Origin: Octopus bimaculoides
Lineage: Eukaryota
Direction of reading: 5' to 3'
Length of the DNA stretch: 64,000 nucleotides
NCBI RefSeq assembly: GCF_001194135.2
Contig: NC_068991.1
Coordinates: forward strand, 56,323,086 to 56,387,085
A program made the position numbers and the translations under genes. Shown here piece by piece: positions 1 through 14,956 of the stretch (positions are counted from its first letter, which is position 1; each line of letters opens with the position of its first letter). The notes beneath the pieces were generated by a model, which saw only the letters and a list, made by a program, of their open reading frames with translations, was not told the DNA's origin and searched no databases.

Positions 1-14
1 CGCTCTTCCGATCT
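1..14 (+). other. Illumina adapter remnant
   Basis: The window begins CGCTCTTCCGATCT, the 3' end of the standard Illumina adapter/read primer. Confidence 0.8.
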
Positions 15-1070
15 TACATTTGTGTGTGTATATATGTGTGTCCGTGTGTGTGTATGTATGTGTGTGTGTGTGTGTATTTTTATACATGTGTGTGTGCATA
101 TATAACAAACATTTGGTTCTGTGCTACAAGTTTCACAGGCTCCTAATGGGAACCCAACTCCTACTGAATGTGTTGAGTGTCCTTTTTTTTCATTTGTCCA
201 TTCATATATACACACACATTTGTATACTCAGTAGTTTATTTTTACGTCTATTTTTCCACACTAGCATAGGTTAGATGAACATATGATTGAGGTATGGCTT
301 TTTTTTGTACAGTTGGATGCCTTCCCTGTTTTCTATACTTATAGGATTTCATATTTCATGTGTCTTCAAAGGTGCAAGGTCAATGAATGACCAACTGACA
401 AGGGTAACGATAGCAACAGTAACTGCTACATATATATAATGTACACACTCTAGTTTATACAGATATGAATAATGTATACATCTCAATGCAAAGACACAGA
501 CACACAATAAAATGTCTCTTTTATTAAAAGAATTTTAAAAAAAGGTATAAATCTGGTGTCTGGTACTAACCCTAAATTTCTCCACTACAAGATCCCTGGC
601 TTCCATAGATATACCTGTCTGGAACTGGCTTAAAAGTACATAATTGCAACCATCCTCTTACAAGCATAAAAAAAGTCCAATTAGGATTCTGTATGACATC
701 ATTTTAATGCAATTTTTAATAAGGTAGTCCCAAGAGGTTGGACATTGCTCATGACCTTTACATGAATCCCAGACTGATGTTATTAATGTGGCTGATATCC
801 AACTTTTTTAACAGAAGGAAAAATATGAGGAGAGGAGAGGAGCTAGGTTTCTTCTGGTCAGAATGTTTGTTGCATGTCAGCTAAAGACACCTTACAACCT
901 TTGACACAACAGGGAGGCATTTCATCACAATGTTTCACTTTTTAAAAGTGAAATTTTAAAATCTCTACAGATTTTCAATGGAAACTAGACCCAGCACTGA
1001 AAGTTACAATGTTTTGTATATGAATATGCTTATGCAACCAATGCAATCAAATATAGAAAAATAGGTAATG

Positions 1071-1120
1071 CGTGTGTATATGCATATTTCAAGAGTTCTT
1101 GTTCTTTCTTCAGCACCACA
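1071..1120 (-). ncRNA. candidate minimal type-I hammerhead ribozyme (weak stems)
   Basis: Minus strand reads TGTGGTG-CTGAAGA-AAGA[ACAAGAAC]TCTT-GAAA-TATGCATA-TA-CACACG. Both core motifs are present, helix II has 4 bp, helix III is palindromic, the triplet is AUA, and helix I has 3+3 bp with a bulge. Confidence 0.35.
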
Positions 1121-1777
1121 TCCAACCCATTAACCACCCACAAACACATTGCTTCAATAGCCACTAAATTTAGTGGTGTAACACAAATGGATATACCAAT
1201 TTTACATATTAAACACATTCCTGGCAACTGGTGCATACATACTAATTGCTGGTAGGTACACTGTGTTTTGTTATACAACCATAATGTTCTACCATGTATA
1301 TCAAATGCTTTAGTCTACAGTGTGAGCAGTCTATGTAAATCAGTTTACATAGAAATTAAGCACTGACAAAACGAAATTTCTTACAACTAGTTCAATTCTA
1401 CTGTAAATAAAGCAAAAACTGGGGGAAGTTACAGATAAACAGTCTGGAAATATAAACGTTGTCATGCATAGAATGACTGAGTAATCATCATCAATTTCAT
1501 GTCCACTTTTCCGTGCTTGCAAGGGTCAGATGGAATTTGTCAAGGCAAATTTTTGTATGTCCAGATGCCCTATCTGTTGCCAGCCCCCTACACAAGGTGA
1601 TATTTCCTCATGGCCAGACATGTTTTCCACAAACAAAAGACCAGAAGTGAACAACATTAACTTGTATGATGGGGGTTCTCATTAGCAACCATTGTGTGAT
1701 GTCTAAACGAGGTTACACAGACATACACAATGTATACATATATAATGTAGATATCCACTCATAAGCACACACACACA

Positions 1778-1826
<49 letters not shown>

Positions 1827-2289
1827 CAGCAGGAATTTGGGCGGTACAGCGTTCGATTCTCTGTAGTGGCTTGCTGGACACTCTTTTCTATCTTCTAAGG
1901 GTATTTATCCAATCTTCTAAGCTGTTTTTTCACAGCTATTCTGCATTCAAGATATACTTTAATTTCTGTAAAATACCAACTCATTTGGTGTTTCTAAGTT
2001 TGTTTATAAAAAAATGTTCTCACACACACACACATATATATGTATACATTTATACATACACAGATATATAGTGTGTATATAAATTTAACAATAGACAAGG
2101 GTGTATATATTACATAATATGAAAAATATTGCTTCAAGTGAGTGTGATTAGACAGTAAAAGCAAACTACCTGGAATGATTGCAGTCAAATATGAAGAACT
2201 GAGAGAGTGGAGGAATCACAGTTTATGAATGTTTGAGTCAGTTAAACAAGGGAGCAAAATTAACAAAAAAATTTCTTCATCAGCATCGC

Positions 2290-2600
2290 TGAGAGGTAAG
2301 AAGGTCGATTCCCAACCACATGGTTCATGGTTTAGTCCCACTGTGTGGCACTTTGTGAGTGGGTTTGGTAGATGGAAGCCCATCACATGTATATATGTGT
2401 GTGTCCCCCCCAACACAACTTGAGAACTGATGGTGTGCTTATGTCCCTGTAGTTCAGCGCTTTGGACAAAGGTAACCAATAGAATAAGTACTGGGCTTTA
2501 AAATATACAAACACTGGGGTGAATTCATTCAACTAAAAGAAATACTCCAAGGTGGTACCCCGGCATGGCCACAGTCAAATGACTGAAACAAGTAAAAGAT
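2290..2600 (+). mobile_element. degenerate tRNA-derived SINE, family A
   Basis: Matches the family A head (ccaaccacatggttc...agtcccactgtgtggcac) and tail (gcatggccacagtcaaatgactgaaacaagtaaaag) seen in many copies in this window. Confidence 0.7.
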
Positions 2601-3193
2601 AATAGGTAACGTATGTATGAGATGCTTAAGTAAGCTACTCATACCCATGTATATATGTACAATATACACACAAATATACATATAGACATATACACACAAA
2701 ATCATATTTATATATACACATACAATATATACATGTATGTGAATATGATCTGAGGATCCAAGTATAGGAAGTTGGTAAGCTTCAAGCAGTGTGTAGCAGA
2801 TATAGAGAAAAAAAAAGTGGACAGTATATGCTAAGAAACAATAACTATTGGCATTGAAAGTTATACACGCTATGTGTGTGTCTGTGTGTGTGTACATATG
2901 TCGCAGTTACAAAAATAATGTACAGAAAATAGAGATATAAAATCTATTAAACTCCAACACAGATTTTTATATATTTCTATTCTTTTATTCTAATATTCAA
3001 ACAAGTACTTTCATAATAGCATGAACAGAGAGAGAGAGAAAAAAAAAAAGATTACAAAGTTTCACCTGGGAATCGCACACACACACACACACACACACGC
3101 GCATGTATGTATCTCAGTCAAATTGTTCAGCCCAAGTCAGCAAAGCGGACGTTAAACGATGATAATGATAATATGCATATCACACACATATGC

Positions 3194-3231
<38 letters not shown>

Positions 3232-4184
3232 ACATATTTATATACATGTACATGTATATATATATATACACATACATATATATATATGTGTGTGTATATA
3301 TAGTTATCTATATATGTGTATATATACTTATATATATATGTGTATAGAAACAGCGTAAGGATGATAAGAGTTCTCCACCATCTTGTCATGCACAAAACTG
3401 ACAATATCAGTCTGGATAGGGGCCTCTGAAAACAGCCAGCATTTTCCCGTTGAGGGCCATAGGCTCACCTTTATCACAATAGACTGAATCAAGTGGGCAG
3501 GTAAGCTGCCTTCGACAGAGCTGGTGATATTGTATCTATGTATGTATGAATATATTATGTGCCTATAAACATACATTTTCATATATACACACATATATCC
3601 ATACACATAAATATACATATATGCAGATACATATAGATGCACCATCAATTAATGCCCCTTTTTCCAAGCTGGCATGGGTTGGACACACATAAATATATAG
3701 TTTTGTGTATGCCTTCTCACACTGACTAAAATGATGGTAGGCTCTAATGGAGGATTTATTTAAACGATTATTTGAGGAAGTGTATTTTACATCTTGGATA
3801 GATGGTCATGGTTACACAGGCATAAAAATGTGTCAAAACAATTGTAGAGATTTTAAAAGAATGTTTGTTCTATTTTCTACTATTTATCTATCACACAGAC
3901 ATATGAATACATATATATTTACATACACACACATCTACTTACAGAAACCTCACTTAAGTCTCTCTCCAGACACCCAACTAATTTAGTCAAAGAAGAGAAA
4001 AAGTACTTGATATAAAAATAAAATGGATGGTCACATCTACAAAGGCTTTGATAGTACATCTGCTAGCATAGTGTTAAAAAAAAAAAAGCATTCAATACAT
4101 GTATATATATATCCAAGTTAATTTATGTATTGATATGTCATTATTATCACTGTGCATATATAAAATTTTATGCATATACACTAA

Positions 4185-4521
4185 GGCACTCCATCGGTTA
4201 TGACAACGAGGGTTCCAGTTGATCCAATCAACCGAACAGCCTGCTCACTCATGAAATTAACGTGCAAGTGGCTGAGCACTCCACAGACATGTGTACCCTT
4301 AACGTAGTTCTTAGGGAGATTCAGCATGACACAGAGTGTGACAAGGCTGGCCCTTTGAAATATAGGTACAAACAGAAACAGGAAGAAAGAGTGAGAGAAA
4401 GTTATGGTGAAAAAGTGCAGCCTTGTGGAGCTTTAGGTGTTCTCACTCAATAAACACTCACATCTGGTCTGGGAATCGAAACCGCGAGTTCGCTGCCCTA
4501 ACCACTGGGCCATTTGCCTTC
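4185..4521 (-). mobile_element. tRNA-derived SINE, family C
   Basis: Diverged reverse-complement copy of the element at 51433-51820, with internal deletions. Confidence 0.85.
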
Positions 4522-6159
4522 ACTATATATATAAACACACACACACATATATAAGAGAACTAGCATAATGTATGTGTGTGTGTGTGTATTTATAGATGAA
4601 GCTCATAAATGATTGACATATGTAAAAATTGAGATAAACTGTACATGGATAATTTTTAAATCAGCTATTGATATTAAAAAAAATGCGAAAGAATAACCGA
4701 GATAATTTGATCAACTAAACCCTTCAAGGTGGTGCCCCAACAGACCAAGTAAAAGATAAAAAATATGTTTCTATTTGGGCATCAATATTCTTTTAGAGTA
4801 AATTTTAAGTAAAATATTAATATAGAAATTTGAAGGATTGTTTTGGTTCAATGGTAGAAAGTCTGTCATGCTTACAGTAGATGTGGGTCTGAGTCTACAG
4901 GCAGCCTTTGATATTTTTTCTATCCAAAGGGATTTTTAACACAATATTTACATGCTATTATTTATAGCTCTGTCTGCTTCAAGTTTCACCATTCGAAAAA
5001 AGAATTATTTCATTAAATTCATGATATGGATATATAAATGATAATCTATCTAAATGATTCATGACATAATTTAAGGAATGGCCGATATCTTGGGAATAGT
5101 AAGATTAAAGAAATCAAATATAGGAATGAATAAATATATTAAATTAAATAATAAAATGCATCATAATGAATAAACAGACTAAAAAGAAAGAAAAGAAAAA
5201 CACATCAGAATAAATAAAGTTAAAAATAAATAAATAAATAAATAAAAACGGCTATAAGAGATGAAGCATCATAAGCAGAATCACTGCTGTACAAGCATCT
5301 TTCACTGTTCCATCCCCTTGCTCCAATTATTGACTTGCCATCAACAATTCTAAACACTACCGATTTAATTAATGCCACAGTCAGCTGCATTTTTATTATC
5401 AACAAACTGGTTTACATGTTGAGTGAAATAGTGAACAGTATTATACTACCAATAGGTTAATACTCCACCATTACACCTGCTATATATACATATATATATA
5501 TACACACACATATATATATATACATACATACATACACATACACACACGCACACTGAAACGGGGCTTGTCTCTACTATGCTTTCTTTCCCTGCAGGATATT
5601 ATAGTTATACAGTACGGCCTAAAGCAATCTGGGTCGAGGGAATAGTGCCAGAAATGGTAGAGAAGTCGGATAAAATGCCTTGTGGTATTTAGTTATGTCC
5701 CTTTATGTGCTGAGTCTAAATCCTGCTGTGATAGCTTTTCGTTCTCATGGAGTTGATAAAATAAGGTTGGTTGTTGCTATTTAGCCCCAGGTGTGATCCA
5801 AATAGACATATGATGGAATCCATCTCTACTGCGACTATCCTATCTTTATCTTTTTTTCCCCCTGCAGGCAGCGTATCTACAACTACATTATCTAACGTGT
5901 CTTTATTTCTTTTTCTGATAGTAAAGTGGGATGAGATAGACTTGGCTGTTATTTCGAGCAAGTCGAGTGATCAACAAAGACTAAAAATAATTAGAGTTAA
6001 TTACTAAGGACATTTTAATTGCATTGTACCCCCACCATAAAAAGTGTGACCTCGTAGCTATATTCAAAATCAATATTACCATCATGAATAGCAAGACCAT
6101 TTAAATACTGAATTACCCGGCAGTTATTGTAGTTTAATCTTGGTCACCCTGAACTTGCA

Positions 6160-6480
6160 TTGCTTAGTGGTCAGGGTGTTGCACTCACAATCTCAAGATC
6201 ATGATTTCGATTTCTGGACGGGGCAGTGTGTTGTGTTCTTGTGTAAAACACTTCATTTGGTATTATTCCAGTTCACTCTGCTGCAAATGAGTAACCCTGC
6301 AATGCACTGGCATCTTGTTCAAGGGGAATGTTGTGATCCCACACCATGGAAACTAGGTAACTAGCCCTAAGAGTCAGTCCTTGGACTTGAGTAATATCCA
6401 AGGGTTGACGACAAAGATGATGAACCCGATAGAGCAAACTTTATGATCAAAGACCATTTCAGGCATAGCCGTACCCATTT
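6160..6480 (+). mobile_element. tRNA-derived SINE, family D (CORE-like central motif)
   Basis: A-box/B-box-like head (gcttagtggtcagg...atttcgattt) followed by gtgttcttgtgtaaaacactt. Related reverse copies lie near 6950-7110, 30500-30560 and 61920-62075. Confidence 0.55.
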
Positions 6481-7179
6481 TTCTGGAAAGGTATAATACC
6501 CTTTCCAACATTTACCAAGGAATCATTGAATGATAAGATAGCAGTGTGTGGTGGTTCGAGGGAGATTTAGTTGCTATTTTTGTAGGTTGAGCAGTCAGAG
6601 TTTCTCTCATAGTGGCTCAGATATGCTGCATGTAGTATGTTCCCACAGGGGTTCTCTTTACATTTCCTTTAGTAAAGTACCAATAATATACTGGTACCCA
6701 TTCAACTGATTACATCCATCAGCCAGAATATGTTGCTCTATCAAACAAAATGCTTGGTAGTATTCACTTACAATTCTTTAGATTCTGAGTTCAAATCTTG
6801 CTGCAGCGATCTTTGCCTTTTATCCATACAGAGTTGCTAAAACCACTGGTATTGCTATAACCAACTGCTTCCTTCTTGACTCATAAGGCCATTTTCCTGG
6901 TTTCCATGGTGCATATATTTCCCCCACTGGATAGGACGCAGGTTCATTACAGGATTACTAATTTTTGCCAGCTGAGTGGAGTGGAGCAATGTAAAATGAC
7001 GTGTTTTGCTCAAGAACACAACACATCACCCAGTCCAGGAACCAAAACCACAATCTTATGAACATAATTCCAACACCTTAATCACTAAATCATGCACTGC
7101 CACTAACCAACTGCTCACCTTGTCAAAATTCAAGGCCATGTGTCTATGTAAGAAACTGTTATATAAAACTGTGGGTTAG

Positions 7180-7760
7180 CAGAATTGGTACAGTGGCGAT
7201 TGGAATTTATACTTAGTTGCCTCGCTGTACATTCTGAGTTCATCTCTATTTCCAGTCCCTCTAGGATTGATAAAATAATGTACCATTCAAATAGTAGAGT
7301 TGATTTAACTGACCAAAATTTCAGGCCTTGCGCCTACAGTAGAAAGAATTATGATGTAAGGTGGTGAGCTGACAGAACTGTTAGATCATCAGAAGAAATG
7401 CGACTAAACATTCCTGCCTACTCCTTATGTTCTGAGTTCAAACCCAGCCAAGGTCAACATTAGCTTTCATTCTTTCAGGATTGGTAATATAAAATACCTA
7501 TCAAAAACTGCAGTTGATCCGGGCAACTAACTCCCTCCCCACAAATTCTAGACTTTGAATCTATATTCAAAATGGAGCTGGTGAGCTGGTAGAATCATTG
7601 CTTAGCGGGATTTCTTTCAGCTTTACATTCTGAGTTCAAATGTGCCATAGTCAAATTTATCTTTCATCCTTTCAGGGTTGATAAAAAAAGTACCACTGAA
7701 ATTAGTATAATAGGACTATCCCACCCCTTAAAATTTCAGGCCTTAGTCATATAATAGAAA
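7180..7760 (+). mobile_element. three tandem degenerate copies of SINE family B
   Basis: Three repeats of the ttctgagttca...tttcat...ttgataa..gtacca...aaatttcaggcctt motif set. Confidence 0.7.
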
Positions 7761-8497
7761 TAATAATAATAATTATTATAGTCAACTTAGCCTTTTAACC
7801 CCATTTCATGGTCAATAAAATAAGTAGCATAAGAGTTTTATGTTACATCACCCCCTTCATCTTCAAAATTATGAACGGCATAGAATACTTTGCAAGTTTC
7901 ATCTCTGGAAGTTTTGATTTCAAATTGCACTGAAGCTGATTTTTCCCTTCCATCCTTCTGGGAGTGGATGATACTAACTACACACACACTCACAAACATT
8001 TTGGAAAATGGACATTAAACGATGATGATCTGTTTAAGAAAATGCTTGCCTCCACAGCATTAAAATTGAATAACGAGAAATGGAATACTCAGTGTAGTTT
8101 CAATTCATGTTAGAAATATCAGCATTTCCCTCAAATAAAACCCTGCTATCAAAGAAGGACATATTAATAGAGTACACAAAAGAAGGGATGGCCAGAGCTG
8201 GAAAGCATTTCATCCTAAGTCTGGACAATCATGACTAACGTAAGAGCTAAGAACATGAGCAAGAAATTCAAGAAAAGTAGTAAGATGCAAATAAATAATA
8301 ACAATAATAATAATAATAATAATAATAATGATGATGGTAATAAAAGAAAGGTTAATGAAAAGAGATATATATGCAAAAGAACTGGCCCAAATCATTTTGA
8401 TGCAATAACACTGAAACTTTCAGTGGAGATGAAAATAAATCAATTTGAAAAATCTATTCAACTCAGCTTGCAAGAATACAGAATATATATATTGTGC

Positions 8498-8546
<49 letters not shown>

Positions 8547-9170
8547 TGTGTGCATGTGTATGTGGAAAGTACAAACAATAATTAGCAAGTTCATTATGTG
8601 TGTGTGGACTATCATGTATTTAAAAGTGGTGGGAGGGTAAACACTCATGTTTAGTTTTGTTCAAAAAGGAATGAATATTGTATAGCTTCACTTTTCTATT
8701 CAGGATTAATTCATTATCAGCAACTTCACTTCAAGAGGAAGTGATAGGATGGGAATAAATTTCAAAACATGCATGTGTGTGCGTGCATATGCATATATAG
8801 ATATATATATAGAAACACACACACAGACATACATATATATGCATGTGTACGTATACATACATATGTATATATATGCATGTGTATGTATACATATACATAC
8901 ATACATATATATATATAATGTATAGGAGCAGACGTGGCTGGCTGGTAAGAAGCTTGCTTCGCAACCACATGGCCCTGGGCTTAGTACGGCTGCACTATAG
9001 TCTCAGGCTGACCAAAGCCTTGTGATGGATTTGGTAGACAGAAACTGAAAGAAGCTCGTTTATATATATATGCGTGTGTTTGTGTATATATTTATATATA
9101 TGTGTAAGTATATATACATATGTATGTGTATGTGTGCGTATATATTCATATATATGTATGTGTGTAAGTA

Positions 9171-9214
<44 letters not shown>

Positions 9215-9389
9215 TGTATGTATACATGTATATATGTCTGTATCTATAAATGTATGTGTGTATATATATCTATATCTATGAATATATATATATATATATA
9301 TATGTATATGTATGTATGTATATATATATATATGGTATATATATGTATGTATGTACATATCTATGTATATTTATATATATATGTATATC

Positions 9390-9421
<32 letters not shown>

Positions 9422-9454
9422 NNNNNNNNNNNNNNNNNNNNNNNNNNNNNNNNN

Positions 9455-9514
<60 letters not shown>

Positions 9515-9519
<5 letters not shown>

Positions 9520-9700
9520 CATCATCGCTTAACGTCTGTTTTCCATTATGGACCACTGCACCACTCTCCAATCTGATCTGGCAAGGTTTCTACAGCTGGA
9601 TGCCCTTCCTAACACCAACCACTCTTAGAGTATAGTGGATCCTTTTTACATGTCACCAGTATGGGGACCAGCCAGGCAGCACTGGCATCGGCGTACTTAT
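9515..9700. mobile_element. SINE with RTE-type tail motif (fragment)
   Basis: catcatcgcttaacgtctgttttccat and ggatgcccttcctaacaccaaccac. Related fragments lie near 1450-1700, 10140-10220 and 10725-10800. Confidence 0.5.
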
Positions 9701-9871
9701 ATAGATATGTAGGTTTGTACATATATATATACCTGTATATATATATATATATATATATGTATGGATATATGTATGTATATATATGTATATGTCTATATAT
9801 ATATGTCTGTATATATATGTCTATGTATATATGTCTATGTATATATATATATGTGTGACGTATGTGTATGC

Positions 9872-9910
<39 letters not shown>

Positions 9911-9925
9911 CACACNNNNNNNNNN

Positions 9926-9972
<47 letters not shown>

Positions 9973-10220
9973 TGTGTGTATGTATCGTATATATCATAAA
10001 AGAATGTATGTGTATACATAAATACTTATAATTCAATATAAAATTGTGTGTATGTGTATATATACACATGAATATATACTCAAATGTATGAATATATACA
10101 AACATATAGAATTGTATGTATATGTGTACACACAGATGTGGTAGTCTTCTAACTGATCTGCTCCTGTCAAACCATCGAACCCATGCCTGCATGGAAGGCA
10201 GATGTTAAACGATGATGATA

Positions 10221-10266
<46 letters not shown>

Positions 10267-10470
10267 CAATGTACTTTTCCATTTAACATGTTTCACTCAC
10301 CGGATTGTGGCCATGCTGGGGCACCACTTTGAATGGTTTAGTTGAACAAATGGAATCCAGTATTGAATTTTTAAAGCTTGCTACTTACTCTATCGTTCTC
10401 TTTTGATAAACAACAAAGCTCTGGGGAGATAAACAAACCAACAGAGGTAGGGAAGCAAACACATATGAGA

Positions 10471-10501
<31 letters not shown>

Positions 10502-10647
10502 AATATATATATATATATATACATACACACACACACACAGGTTTGCTTCAGTTTCCATCTACACAATCCAGTTGCATGGCTTTGGTTAAACCAGTGGTAT
10601 CAATCTAAAACCATGTGGTTGAAAATGAACTTCTTACTGCCCATATA

Positions 10648-10721
<74 letters not shown>

Positions 10722-11095
10722 TCATCATCATTGTTTTAATGGACACTTTCCTATGCTTGTATGGGTCAGGCAGAATATGTTGAGGCAAATATTCTGCAGA
10801 TGAAAGGTTCTTCCTCCAGTGTTTTCTAACAATTTAATATTTACCCATGGCCTGGCATTTTTCATAGATCATCAGACATGAACATTTACAATCAACAAGA
10901 CTAGAGACATATATAGAGGGCAGACTTTCTTCAGATTCCTTGTCAGATCTGCAAACAAAATTCTGAGTGCCCTGGGGGTTTTCCTTATACTAGAAAACAT
11001 TTGCCCAAGGTACCATACAGTGACAGATCCCAAATCTACATGGCTGGGAAACAAACTTCTTAAACACACACCCATACATGTGCCTGTTACATGAG

Positions 11096-11148
<53 letters not shown>

Positions 11149-11428
11149 CCACACACATGTATTCATATATACATGTACATGCATATACACATTTATATAT
11201 ACAAATACTTAAATATGTGTGTGTATATCTATCTATATATATGTATACATATATATATATAAACCTGCATATATACATGCATATATATACATGTATACAT
11301 TTATTAACATACACGAATATATAAACATGTATATATACATATATATTTATATATACACACACATAAACATATGCACAAACATATATACACACATGCACAA
11401 ACATATACACACACACATATCAACACAA

Positions 11429-11481
<53 letters not shown>

Positions 11482-11883
11482 NNNNNNNNNNNNNNNNNNN
11501 NNNNNNNNNNNNNNNNNNNNNNNNNNNNNNNNNNNNNNNNNNNNNNNNNNNNNNNNNNNNNNNNNNNNNNNNNNNNNNNNNNNNNNNNNNNNNNNNNNNN
11601 NNNNNNNNNNNNNNNNNNNNNNNNNNNNNNNNNNNNNNNNNNNNNNNNNNNNNNNNNNNNNNNNNNNNNNNNNNNNNNNNNNNNNNNNNNNNNNNNNNNN
11701 NNNNNNNNNNNNNNNNNNNNNNNNNNNNNNNNNNNNNNNNNNNNNNNNNNNNNNNNNNNNNNNNNNNNNNNNNNNNNNNNNNNNNNNNNNNNNNNNNNNN
11801 NNNNNNNNNNNNNNNNNNNNNNNNNNNNNNNNNNNNNNNNNNNNNNNNNNNNNNNNNNNNNNNNNNNNNNNNNNNNNNNNNNN

Positions 11884-11946
<63 letters not shown>

Positions 11947-12078
11947 AATATATACACAAAATAAATATATATATACATACACATATATATATATATATAC
12001 ACACACAAACATTTATATATACATACATACAAACAGTTATATATACATACACACGTGTATATATGTACACACACAAAC

Positions 12079-12110
<32 letters not shown>

Positions 12111-13851
12111 ACATATATATATATACACACAAACATATAACTACAGATAACTGCCCACCCCACTCGACTTTGGATGATCATAACTTTCAGAAAAATGGAT
12201 ATTTTTTAATGAAATTTTCTCTCTATATGTATGTGTACTTTAATACTATTCCTGGTAATATGTGGTTTTATATATTTATTTATAAAACCATATAGCCAGA
12301 TAAATTTGTAGACCAAAAACACTCCAAACTAATCACCGGACACTATTTTTTCCTGTATCTCCATTCTAAAATAAAAACTACTACTTTTGCGTCGGTTAAA
12401 GCAGTTGAGAAGAGATCGTGTATGAGTGAAATTTGTGTGAGCTACTGGGGGAGGGTGAACTAGGTTTGACCCAGAATTGTGAGTCGCGGCATACAAGTAA
12501 TAAGGTACAACGAGATGGGTGGAGAGTGAGTGCATGAATGAGAGAACGAGGGGATAAGGGAATCTAATCTAATATGAGAGATAGGGGCCAACAAGAAGTA
12601 AATATTAACTGCTACAAGTGATACAAATAATGGAGATATGATTGTATGTACGACTCTCTATATGTATATACACACACACACATATATATATATACATATA
12701 TATATTGAGTGTATATATGCATGTACGTATCATATGGAGTAACCCAGGTCAAGTTAAAAAAGAAGTGACAAAAGTAAATAGTGAACAATAATATGAAGGG
12801 AAATAACAAACTCAAGCTTACATTGCTCCTCATCAACAATATTCATACAACTCTCATTTCTTGTTAGGACGTGTGATATTTAGAACAGACAGGCACTGCC
12901 TATGTGGGAACTATATATATAAATTTATATATATACATATATATATGTATGTATGTATGTATGTATATTCATATATATGTACATGTATATATATTTATAT
13001 ATATATATATATACATATGTATATATATAGATATATATATATATATGTGTGTATATATTTATATATCGATATATATATATATATATGTATATATATAGAT
13101 ATATATATGTGTACATATATATATCGATGTATATATATATATGTGTATATATATATATATGTGTGTGTGTATATATAGATATATGTGTGTGTGTATATAT
13201 AGATATATATAGATATATATGTGTGTATATATATAGATATATATGTGTGTATATATATATAGATATNNNNNNNNNNNNNNNNNNNNNNNNNNNNNNNNNN
13301 NNNNNNNNNNNNNNNNNNNNNNNNNNNNNNNNNNNNNNNNNNNNNNNNNNNNNNNNNNNNNNNNNNNNNNNNNNNNNNNNNNNNNNNNNNNNNNNNNNNN
13401 NNNNNNNNNNNNNNNNNNNNNNNNNNNNNNNNNNNNNNNNNNNNNNNNNNNNNNNNNNNNNNNNNNNNNNNNNNNNNNNNNNNNNNNNNNNNNNNNNNNN
13501 NNNNNNNNNNNNNNNNNNNNNNNNNNNNNNNNNNNNNNNNNNNNNNNNNNNNNNNNNNNNNNNNNNNNNNNNNNNNNNNNNNNNNNNNNNNNNNNNNNNN
13601 NNNNNNNNNNNNNNNNNNNNNNNNNNNNNNNNNNNNNNNNNNNNNNNNNNNNNNNNNNNNNNNNNNNNNNNNNNNNNNNNNNNNNNNNNNNNNNNNNNNN
13701 NNNNNNNNNNNNNNNNNNNNNNNNNNNNNNNNNNNNNNNNNNNNNNNNNNNNNNNNNNNNNNNNNNNNNNNNNNNNNNNNNNNNNNNNNNNNNNNNNNNN
13801 NNNNNNNNNNNNNNNNNNNNNNNNNNNNNNTATATATATATATATATATAC

Positions 13852-13895
<44 letters not shown>

Positions 13896-14577
13896 AAAAC
13901 GAAATATATATATATTATATAAATATATATTATATATATATATAAATCATCATAAATATATGTATCTATATATTCTCAAGCATCTATGAAGGAACTGTCA
14001 CTACATATATATAGTTCTTTCTTAGGTGCTTGTGAATATATACATGGCTATTTTTGATGATTTACATAAAATCTTTGTGTGAATATAATTTATTATAAAC
14101 TAAATAATAATCAGAAAGCTGAAGTGCAGATCAAATATAAATAGTGCGAGTGCTTAATTGGCAAAAGATGACCATCCCCAAATATAACAATAATTTATTA
14201 CATAAATGCGTATAGTATAATAGAATATGTTCATGTAAATATATGGTGAGTGCGTATAATGTAAACGCAAAATTTCTGTGTATATGTATATATATATATA
14301 TATATATATTATGCGTATATATACGTCTCTCTATATGAGAGAGAGGACTGAGTGTATAAATTTATACATACGCACGCACACACACACATATATATACACC
14401 ATATACACATAAATAATATAGTTACATATTGTAAGCATATTATACGTATATATTTTAAGTATAGGTGTGTACAAATATATGACACTTGTGTATATAACCA
14501 TGTATAAGGTTTTATATATTAAAAACTTAAACGCGCCACTATATACACATGTGCGTATCCACTTATTTACATATATA

Positions 14578-14619
<42 letters not shown>

Positions 14620-14910
14620 CTATATATNNNNNNNNNNTTAAAACTAGTTTATAACTATATCTGTACACGCAGACAAGTAAGCATGTGTGTGTGTGAATGT
14701 GTGTTTATCTATCTATTGTAAACATTTCGAAGTATTCTTTTCGCATACAATTACGTTTCGGAAGGTAAAAAGTGTTACAGTTCTAGTCTGGTGTTGGAGC
14801 ATCTAATTTTATAAACAAAAAGAGGGATACACGGTACATTTGTACATTTCACAGTATATAAGGGGAAAGGCATTTCTCTAAAACTAAGGAAGAAATCAAC
14901 AATCCCAATG

Positions 14911-14956
<46 letters not shown>

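Noticed and set aside
10872-10947. tttgtttgcag acceptor followed by DLTRN, a possible LRIG exon 2
   Set aside because: It would need a phase-1 junction whereas exon 1 ends in phase 2, and the continuation is not an LRR.
11219-13989. Long ORFs of 200-358 aa in the track
   Set aside because: They run through N gaps and (TA)/(CA) microsatellites ([12 protein letters not shown] translations) and are not genes. The same applies to 25326-26413, 43805-44935, 48166-49143 and similar entries.
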